Of a stretch of DNA of 64,000 nucleotides, positions 48,001 through 63,800 are shown in pieces (within the stretch, counting starts at the first letter, position 1; each line of letters opens with the position of its first letter). The notes under the pieces are model-generated. The model saw only the letters and a program-made list of their open reading frames with translations. It did not search any database and was not told the DNA's origin. The position numbers were made by a program, and so were the translations under genes. Source of the stretch: Tubulanus polymorphus (lineage: Eukaryota > Animalia > Nemertea); NCBI RefSeq assembly GCF_964204645.1, contig NC_134028.1, forward strand, positions 3,286,001 through 3,350,000, written 5' to 3'.

Positions 48001-51000
48001 AACAAGGCAAAATTGGAAAGATAAACAAATGTTTTATTTTACTTTCTCGCAAGGATTATGCCAAAATGTCACCTTAAGCTGGAACTGGATATTTTCTATT
48101 TTGAAGCCATGTCTTTTCACCTGGCGTCGTATCGCAAGCTACTCGTATTACCAGAAATATCTATATGAAAATGTCAGCAATCGATATTAGCCGAGCCTGT
48201 TTTTTGACAGCTTATACATTTTTAACAACCATTTTTCAAGATCTGACTTCAACGATTGTCATTCAGTATTCGCAAAGAAACCGAATTTCACAAAATACCT
48301 TACTTAGAACACACCGCCTACACGTTTTTTCTGTTTTCCGTTTATGTGCGTCCAAATTTTCCTCAAGCTCATAGATACAAATTTGTTATACAATTTTCAA
48401 AGTAGAGAGATTCTAAGAGACCCGTCGAGATGTCGTGACTGATTGATATAAACGGCAATTTGCAATGTACAAGAGCAAGCTAATTTCTCTTTGGGCCGAA
48501 TGTATTATTTATTCCTGCTAATTCCGCTTACACGATCAATTACAGACATAAACGACGTTTACATATCGATGGAGTGCATCGAATACTTTTATTGAATGTG
48601 ATAATTACCATTTTCATCATCAGCATCGATTCTAGTCGCATCTGCGAGGACCAGAAACAATGCTTGCCAAGCCGAGGGGCCAGTTGCGAATCGTGGCCTA
48701 GATTTAAGGCCAGTATCAAGTACTATAGCCATTCGTACAAGTAAAGATTATCTTAAGAAAATCTGAGTCCACTTTTGGACTTCGGTCACGATTGTGCCCC
48801 GGTTTCATGGACCGGGTATAGTTCCGTCTATATGAATGAAATGTCTTTTCTAACGCGAATGGCGTTTTGGGTTATCTTATATTCTATCTATAACTATATG
48901 GATTTGGTCGCTAATCAGCATTGAGAGTGTATAACTTATCGCTAACCGCTGTAGAAATCACTCATTCTCTGAAGGTTATACGGAACTGGGTTCAGTTCTT
49001 ATTGATAAGAATGGTGGCAAATGGAGAATGTCTGTAGTCGGGATATGCCGCGTACGTGACCTTTTCATATTATGTTTAGATGAAGTCGTTCGTTGATGCT
49101 GGACACGTTTTTATACAAAAGCCCATCACAGTTGATGTAAAAAGGTCCGTATCTTGCAACAAGTAAATCGGATTCCCGGAAATTGACGTGCGTAGATTTT
49201 CGGACCTTCGTATATAGGAACAACGTTGCGTACAGTGAAGGCATCATTTTGCTATAAGCAAGTGAAATTCGGTTCGTTGTTTGCCGTGGCACTCGAACCG
49301 GTTCCGTCGGTATAATTCAAAGCCAGAAATTTTAAGGCGTATTCATGAAATTCGTGTCTTATGGTAATTCGTGTTGCTTGTACAAGTACTGCGCTGTTTA
49401 GTCGCAATCAAAGCATAGTATAATTCACAGGTCACCGGTTATCCATAAGATATTTCAACTCAACAACAATATTACTGTCAAATATTCTAAATTTTGCCAT
49501 AGCCAATAAAAATCTAGATTCCTAAGATATCACGTATATATCTATTACGCCATTGGGCGATTTTTCGTGCCAATGTAAAGATTAATACATTGGAATTACG
49601 CAAGACGATTTTTCATAATGCTCTCACATTCCAACTGTTCAATCGAATGGAAGACGTTTTTTAAATGGCTTTTTCATGACCGGTTAACAAATAACGTGGG
49701 AACCAGTGCTTCGTTCACGTATAGTTCGTCTATGTTATATCTACGTGCGTAGAAGGTCTATCCACCGGCATTGTCTCAATTATGTCCAGAGTTTGTTGAT
49801 TATTAACTCCTAGAAATCATGCCTGGTATTGTGAAGGAAGTATTAGATTTCTTATTAAACCTATCCAGGGATTATTAGATCATCCGTAATATACGCAGAC
49901 AAATCAATACGATGGTACAGAAAAGGTTCAAACGAATCATCTACCGAGAAGACAACAGGCGGGAGTGTAACGTGTTGATTGTGGTGACATTTTTCTTGGC
50001 AAAATCTTCGACTTTCGAAATCGATTACAAGTGATTTGAAAGACCGAAATGAAACAATCGTCTCACAGAAACGAAACCCATTGATAAATACCACGGAGCT
50101 ATCATGAATGAAATGAGCAGTTTTATTCAAAATCCATGTCGTTACATTGATTTTGCTTTGTCAAAGAGATTACAAGTCACAGGCTTGGCCGGTATCGCCA
50201 CCGTCAGCCTCAAAATAGATTTGTTCTAGCTTTAGTTTATGTTCATTCAGATCAGATGAGAAATGTCAATTTCCAAAGGTTACCCCAGTCACTTAGCCTC
50301 TCATACCACACCGACCACGAGTTCCACTGCACACATCTGAGCCACGGATTAGCACCTGTAGTTTTGCTAATTTGCAGTATCTCGTAGTATAGTCGGTTCG
50401 CATCTCTACTAACTGGCAATATTTTAGGGAAGTAAAGCGATTTTTATAAAATGAATGTATCTATAACGCTGCAACCCGTATGATGTAGAGTAATTCGTCA
50501 ATGTAACAGACCCACTTAGCTAGACGAAATTAAACACACAAGACATCGTGTGGTAAGAGGCAATTTCCACAGGAAACTTGCCGCAATCATCCCAATGCTG
50601 AGTAGTACGAAAAAATTGCCAAAAGAACGAAACAACTGTAGACATTAGTATATTTGTATATCTATAATTTATCGTAATGTTTCAATAAGAAACACTTTCT
50701 TTCTCTTCCTTTGGAATGAGCATCGCACGTGAACACTTCGACAATGATTATCACCCCACCCCCGCGATGATTTAAAATCAATTGTTCGATAGATCAAAGA
50801 ATTTGAAAATAGTTTTAAGATTGAAGGTCGTTTCGCTCTGACGTAGGCGGTGACGTCACTAGATGATGTCCCTGAAATTCTAAAAGTTCACAGATTTCGT
50901 TTTAATCGGAAAACAACAGACAGATTGAATGCGTTTGTGTGGGCTAGGTTTACCAACTAATCAAAACCTGTTAGACGTGTATCACAAAAGTAAAAGTATT

Positions 51001-51056
51001 TCAAAGAAAACATGTGCTTTACATATATATTTCACTACTAATCCTTTCAAATCGTG

Positions 51057-51142
51057 TCAGAACTGGAGAAAACTTTTTTCGAATTTTTTAGTATTACTTT
51101 CAGAACTGGAGAAAACTTTTTTCGAATTTTTTAGTATTACTT
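51057..51142. repeat. Perfect 43-bp tandem duplication
   Basis: TCAGAACTGGAGAAAACTTTTTTCGAATTTTTTAGTATTACTT x2. Confidence 0.95.
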
Positions 51143-51448
51143 GCGAGGTGTTTATGATAAAATTTCCCTCTTTAATTATTGTTCATTTTATGTATACATA
51201 TAATGTCAAGGTGTGATCGGGCGGCAACCAAAAATTCTTCGAATGACTTGTTATGCCGGTTTTATGCTTTTAACTCCTCATATCGTCGAAAACCGCAATT
51301 GTATGAATTAACTAAGACTTTCATCGTTTTTCTTTCAAAGCATTGTTTACTGGACAGAAATCGGTAGACTTTCATTCATAAAACAATACACGCGAACACG
51401 CTACCAAAGACTCTATTTAGAGTTCATTCATATCTAATTTGAACGATC

Positions 51449-51673
51449 AGGCTAAACAAAAATGATACCTTGTTTCTCCGCAGCGGCCGGGTCATTTTTT
51501 TGTAAAATATGATAAAATTTATAAACAGTTCATTTCTATAGCAGCCGGGTCTGTTATGGTGAAATTGATCACGATTTTAAAAAAAGTAATGTATAGGGTA
51601 GATAGGCGGCCGGCCGGTTCAACATTTAAGCTCAGCAGAGCGGAGAAACAAGGTATCAATTTTTATTTGGCCT
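51449..51673. mobile_element. MITE with ~30-bp TIRs
   Basis: AGGCTAAACAAAAATGATACCTTGTTTCTCCGC ... GCGGAGAAACAAGGTATCAATTTTTATTTGGCCT. Confidence 0.75.
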
Positions 51674-51712
51674 TAGATTAGATTAAAAAAATCATCATTC
51701 GACTGTAATCCC

Positions 51713-51805
51713 GGGTCCCGTTCCGCAGTTCCGAGTTAAGATTTGACTCTGAGTTACTCATTGAAAATGAACTAACTCTAACTCACAACTGTGGGACTGG
51801 GTCCC
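51713..51805. mobile_element. Small degenerate MITE (a related weak copy may lie at 48676-48800)
   Basis: GGGTCCCGTTCCGCAGTTCCGAGTTA ... TAACTCACAACTGTGGGACTGGGTCCC imperfect inverted repeat. Confidence 0.5.
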
Positions 51806-54800
51806 GATGTTTTGAATATCACAATCAGTCCAGCATAAACATGTTCAGTGATTTTCTTCTATAAGAGAAATGTTCGTGATGTGCTGATAAATCATCTCCA
51901 GATTGATTAATTACAGAGAGTACGATTACTTATCATTGTGCTGACAGCAAGACCTTGGACAACCAGGTTATTATTCTTTACTTCCGTCTCGCAACGTCTC
52001 AATGGTTAAACATAGATTTTTGACGCCTAAAAAGAACCCGTTGTACAAAATAATGTTTATATACATTGATACTTAGTACCTATATTCAAAGGGTTCTGTT
52101 TGAGTCGATGTGCACTACGTCATCAATATTGGCGTTTCGAAATAACAATTACTTTATTTGTAACTGAATGTATTTCACTCTTATTCTGTTTTTGGTAAAT
52201 TTTGAATATGTCGGGCTAGACTGGTTGCTGGTCAATTCAATGCAATGATCGATATATTCAAATTCAAAATAACTTTATTATTCCGTAATATCATATAATT
52301 ATATAATATTGTATTTTTTTGTCGACAATATTTGTAATGGATGCGTTATTTTCAAGGCGTCAATGAAGTTTTAAGTTAGTTCTCTTGCTATTCTTAGTCC
52401 GAAGGTCGCGGGCCTCGTATCCAGTCTCATTGCAAAATGTCGCGCCGAGCTCTAGTCTGTATCGGTAATTTGTGCAAACAAACAGCGTGTCTGATACATG
52501 GCGATATCGGTAACTCCGGCGCTCTGCGTCCAACTATGTATTCGATATACCACGGGGGTCTAGCTAGATCAAACTCGACAAAACCTTATGACGTCACGCA
52601 AGACTAATTAGCCATGTCCTACGTGTAAGATGATATGCGACGGGGGTCCCGATCCCTATCAGTCGCACCGTATTAGTTCTGTGTAATACCGTCTTACCAA
52701 CGCCGGTACGATGATACATCAGGGTTGCGCGCTAGCTATGATATCGGTTAATCGATATATATCAATAATATAATATCATTATGTCTCACGCATCGCCGAA
52801 TCTCGTTTAGTCTCGACTACAACGTGAGCTAAAAAGCCTTGAAGGAATACGAAATATAAACTAGAATGCGAATTCCACTTTGAAAATGGATCTAAGAAAT
52901 GAAAATGCCTGCCGCTGAACCTATATAACACATCAGTGCATAAAAAAGATGTTTCGCTCTTTCTGGCATTACCATTAGGAATTATCAAGGTTGGGTATAT
53001 TTCGTTCCGAGCACCAACTGCCCGTAAGCATTTCAACGAATCGTAACTACATTACGACTGACACCGTGATTTGATTAGTCAACAGGATTCCAGCTAATTC
53101 CCAGCGACATTGGCAGTAGTTTTTCCAACTCGCTTCACCGTCTAAATCGTCATCGAATTCTAACTTCTCGTAATTAACACATTTAGATACGCGATATTGG
53201 CATTTTACGATATTGGACGAAATAATTCCTATTTCAAATTCAGCCATATTGAGGCGAGTAATGATTGGTTCACTCAGAAGATGAACACAAATATCAAACG
53301 CGAATCCAGCCGTTTAAAATTCTCGACAGGCATCTCGCAATAGTTCGAGTGTATCAAATCATATAATGCACGTTTTCCTCAAGTAGAACGACTATTGATC
53401 GTTCGATTAAGGTTGAAAATCGAGATCGATAAAGATTATATTTAAGCCAAGAAGCATTCTTCGTTTTACGATGAAAAATCGTGACATGTCGAAATACGTA
53501 CATCCCTCTTGGTGCGCTATTGATTTGACATGTTTGTGGACCTTTACCAACGAGTCATTCTAAATTAAAAATCGAAAGCGTTTTCTCATAGTCACAACTT
53601 AAACGACCTTTCCGCGTTGACGACAGATACGCGGAGGTTAAGTTTGCCGTTGGTTATTCAGCTCAGAATACGAGGCAAATATTTGTCGTTATTTGTAGAC
53701 GACGATACATTGACACACCGTGTGATAGAATAAATGACCAGAGCCAGGGGTCGCCTCGAAAAAGGTAGAGGGTCATGTGCGAGGTCGTTTTAAGGGCTCA
53801 TAGGCAAATGAGTTACCGTCCGAAGAAGAAAGGATTCTCGCCCTGAAAAAGCCAACGATAGCTCGGAATAATTATTCCTTTATACAAGGAATATGCCACC
53901 TATGCAGCCTGCTTTATCTTTACGGGCCATTAGTTTTATTTCTCATGTAACCACGAGTTTAGAATCTTTTCGACGGAAATAGAAATAAGCAACTTCTTTT
54001 TTCGGTAAGTCGATTAACAAAGGACGAAAAAATGACCACGTTGACATTTAATCGAGATTTCAAAAGGTGAGACGTAATTGCATTTCACTTTCTTATTTCG
54101 TACTACATGTAGTCAACAAAATGTCACATTTATTCCAGGGCGGCAAAGAAACTCTACAAGTTGTACGTGTTGTCTCTTTTAGTTTATCGAAGTCTAAGAC
54201 TTGATTCCTTTTTTATTAGTTACGTAAATATTGACATTTGTGGTGGTGGGTGGTGGTGGTTTTTTCAATAAGGTAATTCAGACGACGATACGGACGCATT
54301 GACTGGTACCGCCGTAATGCAAATTGTGTGTGGTTTAATTTGCTATTCGTGAATGTTTCGGTAATGAAATCGGACAGAGTGTGTTTATGTAGATGCTTGA
54401 CATTTGCGGGACATGTTTCCACCGGGGAGCGGACGCAAATTACTCTTGATAGAAGAACAATGTATCATTGCAGTAGCTTCAATTGGGAGGGTTCACCGCT
54501 AATAAGGGTAACGTATTGAGGCGAAACTAAAACTGACAACTGATGATTTCCGCCCACGCCTGTGACCGACCGTCGCGACAGAGTTCTTTCCAATGAAAGC
54601 TTATGACTGCTTAATATTCAACGCTTACTGAAAAGTTTTCTTCATCTCTCGTCAGCGTTTTTTTTTATTACAGACTTCTTTGTTTTGTCGTCACTTTGAT
54701 TCAACGATCTGTTAACAACTTTCTTCGCATCGAAACCATTGTTCTTTTTCTTTAGATGAATAATACTTTTAATCTACAGACTATTTTACCTCGTCACCAG

Positions 54801-57800
54801 TTCGGTCTTAAAAAGATCTTCTTGCGTTTGTTATTTCGCCAATTCTACATTAGCTCTAAACCCGATAAACATTGTAGGGATGTTTATGTAGCATCGATTC
54901 TGTTGGTGGCGCTGCCAACGTGGAGGATAATTTTCTTGGCGTCAAAAGTTATCGGAGACCTTGGCCACGGAGACCTTAGTCATTTTCCCATCATATCCGA
55001 ATTGTGTAGTCCAATACATCAACTAATATTGTCCAGAGCTGTAAATCTATAAAACGGAAGAACAAACTAGACTCGGGTCGACAAATATTATATAAATTGT
55101 GGAGGCAAATCGATGGTTCTTGTCTTTGCGTGACGGGAGATTTAGCCCGACTGGTTAATGGTATAAAATCTCCTGACAGTTGACTATTGACTGAAATACA
55201 AGAGCGTATCAGGCGACTGGTGCAAAAACTGTAGTTTTATGCGGCGCATCGCGACGACAAAAAAAAAGTGTTTCTAAAAGGAAGCGTAATTGTGGCATTA
55301 ACGAAAGTTGAACCGTATGATAGGAAAAAATCAAAGAAATTTTCTGAATGAACTATTTCGAAACGGAATTACTGCGGTTAAATTTACACACCGGCTGAAG
55401 TGTTTGTTCTAGATGTAAGCTATAAGTAAATAGGAGTAGACTACTAATCATCCGAGTCAGTAAAAATAGCCCCAACCGATACTTGTTGCACTTGTTGCGA
55501 GAAGCGGTAAATTATGAACGGCGACAGGGGGTCAACTTTTACAAGGTTATCCGGATTCCTCTCCGTGGTCAGGACGCAACTGGGGATCGTAAATATGTTG
55601 TAGCCACCCCGTAAACCTTCCGTTTTCAAGCCGCACCTTGCATATTTACAATCCCAGGTATGTCTGCAGTATTGCTGTTTATCTGTCTGACGCTTTTACT
55701 TTTCGATATCATTATGTATTCAACGGCAAAGCGGCTAATTGCTCTAATTCAACCGATTCTCAGATAACATCATCTGACAATGTGCGGCAATCTTCAAATG
55801 TTTAAAACGTTGCATGTGTCGCTGACTTTGTTTCGTAGTGATGATTTCGACACTAGTGTTGTCCGATCTAAAAGAAACAACCAAACATAAAAAGAATAGA
55901 ACGATATAAGATGAATAAATGTCCTTTGGCGAAAGCTAGTACCATGAGCATTTCTGAATTAAGGGTGAAAAATCTAATCGGTAAATTTAAACGTTAGATG
56001 ATGAATATCACTTTGAAATTCATTATCATTGAATACAAGGTAACGCTCAGCGCGGGCCTGCGAGAGACACATGAACATTTATGTTTTCGGAGGATGGACT
56101 ATAGCGACTTGTCCAGTGTTTGGTTGTACGTGTTGACGGAATGGAGCGATGATAGCCGGGTAACGGGAAGTATAAACGCACCTATTGATCCGAGTTGTCG
56201 GATTTTATTGTTGCATTTATCTATCATCAAACGTTGATTCCGGTCGTGGCCTGTTAGTTATTGTTTCTGTGGACGCCAATAAACTGTGCTGACCGGTGAT
56301 ATTTATTACCGTTAACTCTCTCGTCTATACGGCACGTTCTTTGATAAGCTTTGTCTAGCCACGCACGTTTGATAATGAAACAGTACTGGTCACGTCGTAA
56401 AGGCATTACGCGACGAGTTATATTCATCAACTCTATATTCATTCCGTATATTCGTTCGTTCTTTATTCGTTCGTCGCTTAACAGCCCGTATGATCCTCGG
56501 GACCATTTGAATCCGAATTTTGGATACTTGTTATATTCTTATTTGTTTCAGTGAAAAATTGTTTTAAATATCCCTTTATATTTTGCAGTATTTTATATTT
56601 ACCGATGTTTTATTATATACTATTTTGGTTAAAGCTATAAGAAAAATATGAGCTGTCGGCGAAGATACTCGGATATAGATTCAGTTTGTTTTTCCCAGGC
56701 ACTCGTGATATTTACAGCGGTTAACTAATTTTCCATCAGGAATAAAAACTAGCCTCACGTGTTTATTATCGTATGTATTCCGCATTTCAACGTCGCTTCA
56801 ACCAGCGACGATTTGAGTTTAAGAGAATAGCGATAAATCATTTCGCTTAATGAGTGACGGCACGTCTTTGTCGTATAGGAAACGGGGCCAGTCGTAAGTG
56901 GCGGATTCGTATGAAGACGTCGGTCACACAAGCGGCTTACTGATCAGGTGCCCGTATACTTGAAACAGGAAAGCGCGGGAGTTGTGAGATGATGTCGTAG
57001 AAATCGTTCATCATCAACTGTATTACAACGGCTTTTCCTGCCCGACGTAGCATGGAAAGATTGGATTTTAATTACGAAATGAACGGGATGGCGGGGGCGT
57101 TACGTTATATTCGCGACGTGGCTCGTGTGTTAAGCTCTCGGAAGACATATCATTGAAATCAGAAACTTTTGAATTGAATTGAATTGAATGCTTCATTTTC
57201 AAATATAATTTAGACCATAGCGTATATAGATGCAACATACAAAATACAGTAAATTAGACTGTGAGGGGCTGTAGAAACTAGGAAATGAAACGGGTTAACA
57301 TAGCGGCGAAAAAAAGGAAATTGTGTTGAATTACGGGTCTTTGTTCTAGGTGACCTTAACGTCAAGTAAAATCGGCGTCTTCAATAGGCAAAAGCCATTG
57401 GGTTGCAGTGTCCGAACCTCCGAACACAATTTGATTAATATTTACCCAGTTTGACCGACTGTATGCGACTGGGTATTTACGTTGAACAAATACCCTCGAT
57501 TCAAACAAACAGATAATACGGTTTTACGCCCACTCCCGACTCGATTCGTGCTGTAAACATTTTTAACAATCCCGTCAAAAGGCATCGGGAGGATTTTATC
57601 AATTTTTGGTTTAGCTGATTTCTCGTCCGGAAGGCTGATATTAGAAAAAGTACCATTCCGATTATAGTTTCAATAAGATACGTCGATATTCGATTTGCGC
57701 AAATTAAAGAAATTTACGCACTTTCTCTGTCATATGATATAGTGTTAATATACAAACCTGTGTACTACGCAGGTTCATGCGTCGATGCGCGCCATCGCTT

Positions 57801-60800
57801 TTGGAAACAAGCCCAATCAAATACAGAACGTTCATTTTTTTCCCCGGCGGTCGATGAAGACAACACACAGCCAGCGATACACGCCAGTCAATGAGCCGAC
57901 TGGGGGCTTTATGATAATACCGGCATATCTCGAGTACCTTAGCTGCGATAATCTCAACCACTTGCCTAGTCCCGTTAACGCGCGCAGGATACGCGAAAAA
58001 ATCATCAAAACGATATCCGAGCGATAATCTCGTGTTTATTTTCTTATAACACGTATAACTCACGAAAATCACGTTCAAACACAGTGGATCGTGTGCCTGC
58101 TGCTGTCTATTCTTAAATCTACGACCTTGAGATGTGTCAGATAGGCAGAATCGAGCGATTTGTATCGCGTGAGCTTCGTACACAAGATATAGAATTAACG
58201 AATATAAGATGGCTGCAGCCCAGTTGTCCTATTTGAACTCCGATTTTTGCAATGTGAACATTCTTTTCTGGAAATTATTCCGAGGGTATCATGTATGCCG
58301 CCAACATGGCCTCCTCAATTCTACACCTAAATTTCAATGTTTGATATATTATTCATTTTTTCGTACCCCAGATCTCCTAACATACGCGCTAATAAAGCAT
58401 ACGTATCATCTTACAAACCTTTTCCTTATAAAACTCTCAGTGTAGATAATTATTGTTTGGTCATGACGAAATACTATCCGGTCTCTTTCTATCTTAATAC
58501 GAGGAAATGTCATCTTATTAAAAATATCACGTCAACGGATATTATTCCAATTTCTCATAAGGAAAGGTTTATTCCTGGAGCCATTTGTTGCAATTAATGT
58601 TAAGTTCAGGGTAATAACCATAAGTCGTGTTATATATATGTTCATGTTTTTTCTTGTATTTTCTAATATGCGAAGCAGAAGTTCATCTTTTACCGGACCA
58701 TTTTTGCCAGACCTGCATTGCATTGAAACGAGTTTTTTCTTTGACAGACAGACGAACTATATACGATGGTTTACAAAGCCACGTTCTATCTTCTTCGTTC
58801 TTTTGCGATGCTACCGTAATTCTACCTAGAGCATGTACCTGGCGAATGTATTCATTTCAGCAGTTACTTCAAAATCGACTTCACTTTCATTTTAAAGTGC
58901 CAAACGGTGAAAAATAAGTAGTTTATCCATTGGAATGTGAGATGCAACGGAACTGTAACCGAAAGGCCAGACAGATTAAACGTTGTCTAAGCGCATCCTA
59001 TATGCGAGTGGTTAATTGGTGCATGCATATACGCGAATTAGACTCGTTCATAAATTGAAGCAATTATGTTATTCCTGACCCTTCAGTATCCAGAGAGGTT
59101 ACTGCTGAGTCGTCTCGGACGTTCTTCGTATCTATTAGCTCTGCTGACGACTTACATCGGCGAGTCTCAATTTCTTGGCACATTTTCAACACTACCGCGG
59201 CGTACATCTTCAACACTGTTGTTTACGCGGTATTCATCTCCTGCCAGCTAGCTCGAGCTCATTCGCCAACTCACCAACAGCTTTTGCCATGTTATTGAAT
59301 GTCCGTATTACCGCAAGGACCTATAGATAACCTGGTATTTCAGAAAATTATCAATGAAAGGCTTTAGTTTTCCAGTCTAAACTGAGTGTCAGGTGTCCTG
59401 ATTCCAAATGTATCACCATCTTGTTATATATTTTCTACAAAAACCGAAGTCAGAGTTCTTAGAACTGACGCTTCTTCATAGAACGATGAACTTGAACGTT
59501 ACTTTTGAATCTATTTTCGGTCATTAGATCTTGACAGACAAATATCCAGTTTGAAGTCGGTCCATTATTGAAATATGCCAACAAAGCGTCTTGTCGAGCT
59601 TTTTGCGAACAAATGCGAACAGAACGTCTGCAGTTGCAACAAATCGGCGAAGATCAAATGATGAAAACCCGTTTTAATCTAATTGGATGCCAACAGACGC
59701 AACTGTCATTTTGTCTTTTTTTGAATTTTTCCTAGAATTGGAATAATCTGGGTTGCCCTTTCATCGGTTTGTTGGTTATTACATCGACGTATTCACGCAT
59801 AATTTCTGAATTAAAAGGTTGGGGGAGGGGAAGGGGACGTTCGACATTGTGAACCTAATCAAGTCAGGTCTTTTTTATTTGTCCGTCGCGTCATATTCGA
59901 GTCGGGTGCTTTAAAAATTCATGGAAGGATTAGAGAAATATTTCAACAGACACGAGTTGAACGTCGCTCGAATCTGACTAAGGCAAAGAATTACTATTGA
60001 TTATTGTAACATCCAAGTTTAAATATTGTTATGTTTTCTTTTTTTTGGTGTCTGTGCGTACATTTGTAAGTACGCTTTATTTAATCTGATATATGTTGTA
60101 TTATATCAAGAACAATAAAGTGTCGAATTTAATTGATAAAATAATTCTAACTGAAAAGTCAGACACTCGCTTACATGCGTAGATAGTTTAGTTAAAAGTG
60201 TCTGGCGGGGAAAAGACACAGAGTAAAAACAAACTCGTCATCGAAAATAGAAATAGAAAAAAAGGTAATCTTTCCCTGAACTTATTGATTATGCACGATA
60301 TTTTTGTGATTAACTCGTTACAAAGCGACTTGTTGTTCCGATGAACGGCGGCCGGCTCGTCTCGCGAGTGCTGGCTCCTGTTACATTTATCTCGTTTCAA
60401 ACTCATCGTTTCTACTGCTTCCATTTCTACCGCATTCGCTATTAAAAGACTGAGAGCAGTTCAAATCAGGTCTGCTTGATCGCGCAACACCACCTGCGCA
60501 CGCGTATACCGCTTAGTGCGCAACGTATCAATCTCTTTTTTGAATAGATACTCCTCCTTTACAATCTAACCCTTCACACCACCGATGCATCAACGCCTTC
60601 ACATTATATGTGCGCTGAAAAAAAATACTGAACGGTTAAGTCCGTTTTTTACTCAATTACGCAACGCTCTGAATAAATAGATCACATAATTCACTCACAT
60701 TTTTCGAAGACGGTTTATCCGAGTTTTTTCCGCGAGAAGAAATCTTGAAAATTGCCACGAAATACACGTAAAACAGACATTACTACAGACATTACGCGCG

Positions 60801-63800
60801 GTTGGTCGAAATAGAATTTGAACCGAAAAAAGCTGACTTCTAATTACGATAATTACGAATTGTAATTAAACGCTCGGTTTCGAGCCTCAGGCGGCACCAA
60901 TCGGCCTTCACCGACAACACTGAGAGAGAAGTATCGGCCTCATTGATTTCGTCGTCGTAATTATTTGACGGCGTTCTTCCAATCTGACTGAATTTATGGG
61001 CAAAAGCTGCGTCTCCAAAGACACAAAAAGCAATTACGCATATAGTCTGTGAAACGTCCGTACGACAGAACGAGCGTGGTTATAACGAATAGGTCGCCTG
61101 AGCCAGATTTTCGTATTTGTCTTGTATGGTTGCGACGGGAGCTGTAAAAACTGTAATTCGGTTTGATCGATGCGCGTAAAACGAACATATCTGATCGGCT
61201 GTGACTCTCGAGTACCCGTTGGTAAAGGATAAACGACGAAGCATCTGTTGTTGCCTCGAATCGACGATACGGCTCGAAATATTAAAAAGAACGATGTGAT
61301 AAAAATCCACTATTTACAGATTAAAAGAATTAAAGCCGATGGTTTATTGAATCAAAAATATATCGAGCTCACCCTAGAGATCATCGTCAGGTGTTGATTG
61401 TGGCTATTCTAACATTAAAAAGAGGTTTTCTGAATTTGGGATTGACACGTCTGTCCCGTTTCGAAACCTACTTTTCCAATACAGCGTCGATCATCGAACA
61501 TCGATTCCCCGATCTATCGAGTGCTGAGTCTACAATTCAGCGATGAGACGGATTTTAATAGTAGCATTGATTGATTGGATCTCTGATTAGAGAAGACAAT
61601 TAAACTAATTGGTAGCAATCGAAGCGCATTAATTACTATGCAATTGACATTTTGTCGACGCACGGCGACATCGTCATGATAGAGGTTCGGGTCTTGAAAA
61701 AAAGAAAACAAGAAGCCAACATTCTTTTGTACGAAATTATCTCAAATCTTGCTATTTTCAATATCACGCTATCTATGTATCTATAGTGCATATTATAAAA
61801 CTCTCTTTAACACTGAGAACATGAGATTGCATTGAGACTGAAAAATGACAAATCAAATCATCTAAACCATTACCGTCCGACAATCTATGATATTTAAGAA
61901 ATTAGTTCATTTCTGTTCAGACAGATTCTCATGTTCGTCCGCAATATTTTGCAAATGTCAACTGTTGAACAAATTTCCTGTTTGTAAGACAAGAATAAAC
62001 GCAGGTTCGCCAGGGTAATAATATTCCAGACGAGGTTACTTTCAATCTATTTAGCAATGTCATCCGTAATTGAATGACACGATTTGGCATTTTCGAAAAA
62101 GCAATACATGTGTGTACATGCCTTGGTTCCGACGTATAGGATTAAGTAAAAGATATTGCTATCTATTTTCCATCTTTTTCTTTGACCACGAAAAAAAATC
62201 TTTGCACGAACGAATATCACCGACCAGAAATTCATATATAATTAAATGAAGGGATCACATTTTTCTGTGTTATATATGTATATATGTTCAGTTATGTTAG
62301 TATTGTATGCTAGAAATGTAATTTTTAACTCTACGTGAATTCGCATCAACGAACGGTTATGTCAGACCGTTTGAAAAGAATATAAGTATGTCCCGGGATC
62401 GGTTTTACATCATTCTTTGATATGATGTTATTCTTGTGTTCCTGGAAGTTGGATAAGGTAGAAAAGAACGCCGTTTATAAATATTTATTCTTTGCCTGTC
62501 ATCACCGCAACCTCCGAACACTAACTATGTTGGAACCGTTTTTCTCTCTTGATGGATGTGAAAGAGTGAATGCAATTTTTCAGTTGGTTTATTACCGTTG
62601 ATTATTCACGATGTTATACACCACTTCAGTTTACATTCTCTTCGCTTTCTCGCTGGCAAATAATTCCGATTAGTCTAGAATGTTTTCACAAAGAGATAAC
62701 AAAAATGTCTTATATCCAAAATGTCTAATGTTACCATTCAATTGGCGGTATTGCGTGTATACTTTCAAATATCAACATTATGTATCAACTACAACGAAGC
62801 CATTCCGAATGTGTTCTATGTCGAATATATCTATGATAATAATCTTTGCAAAATATTCGGCCGGTTCAAATGTACTTCCGTAAAGGTATTTCATTACTAG
62901 ATAAACTTCCTCTTTTTTTTCTGATGATTAAGCAACTCGAATTTTATAATGTGTTACTTGGGGGTATCTTTTTTTTACAAAATATTTGTTACTAACATCT
63001 GATCGTTTTTTTTTGGAATTTTGTTTCGTGCGGATTTATTTGTTAAGCGTACTGAAAAAACTATTCTCTTTCCTATGAAGAATGTTTTTCCTCAAGATGA
63101 AGAGATGAAGTGAAATAGAAAAAAGGATATGTTGATGCTGTTGGAATTGAATGCGATTTAACTTAAAGCAATAAATTAATGATCAGTGCTGTAGCTGATT
63201 TCTATTGTAAAGGTTTGCCATTTTTGTTGGAATATATATCTTTATAGACGCTGCTGTCATAATTGGAAGTTAATATCACATCTTTTTCGTCGTCGCTGTC
63301 GTACCAAATAGTGTACATACTTAATATCAATTACGAAACTATTCTCATAAAAATTTCATCAAGAAACGCGATATTGAAAGCGAGTATATTAAAGCGAAGA
63401 TGTCTATCTAACATTATATATATAAGTCATAAGAACGCATATCATATATAGAAGGACACATAATGGCTGACGTTCAATACACGAGAAGTCAATACGCTTT
63501 TAGACTTGAATATATATGAAGTAGTTTGATATTAAGTGTTTAAGTGCTAGACATCCGATAACTGGCGGTCTTCATTTAAAATCCTACTCGAAAACTGATG
63601 AACGTTCGAAGCAATTATACACGCGAGTCCCTCACTATCGAACCGTCTTCGTGCGAACATTGAACGCTGCCACCATCTCCTCCGAATGATAATAGCGCTT
63701 TCATGGACCCAAATAAAATACGATCTCCATCAAATGACAGAAACTTGTCTGGCCCCTGGCCCCGTCCTTGTCTAGGATGCCAGCGGCGCGTACGTAAATT

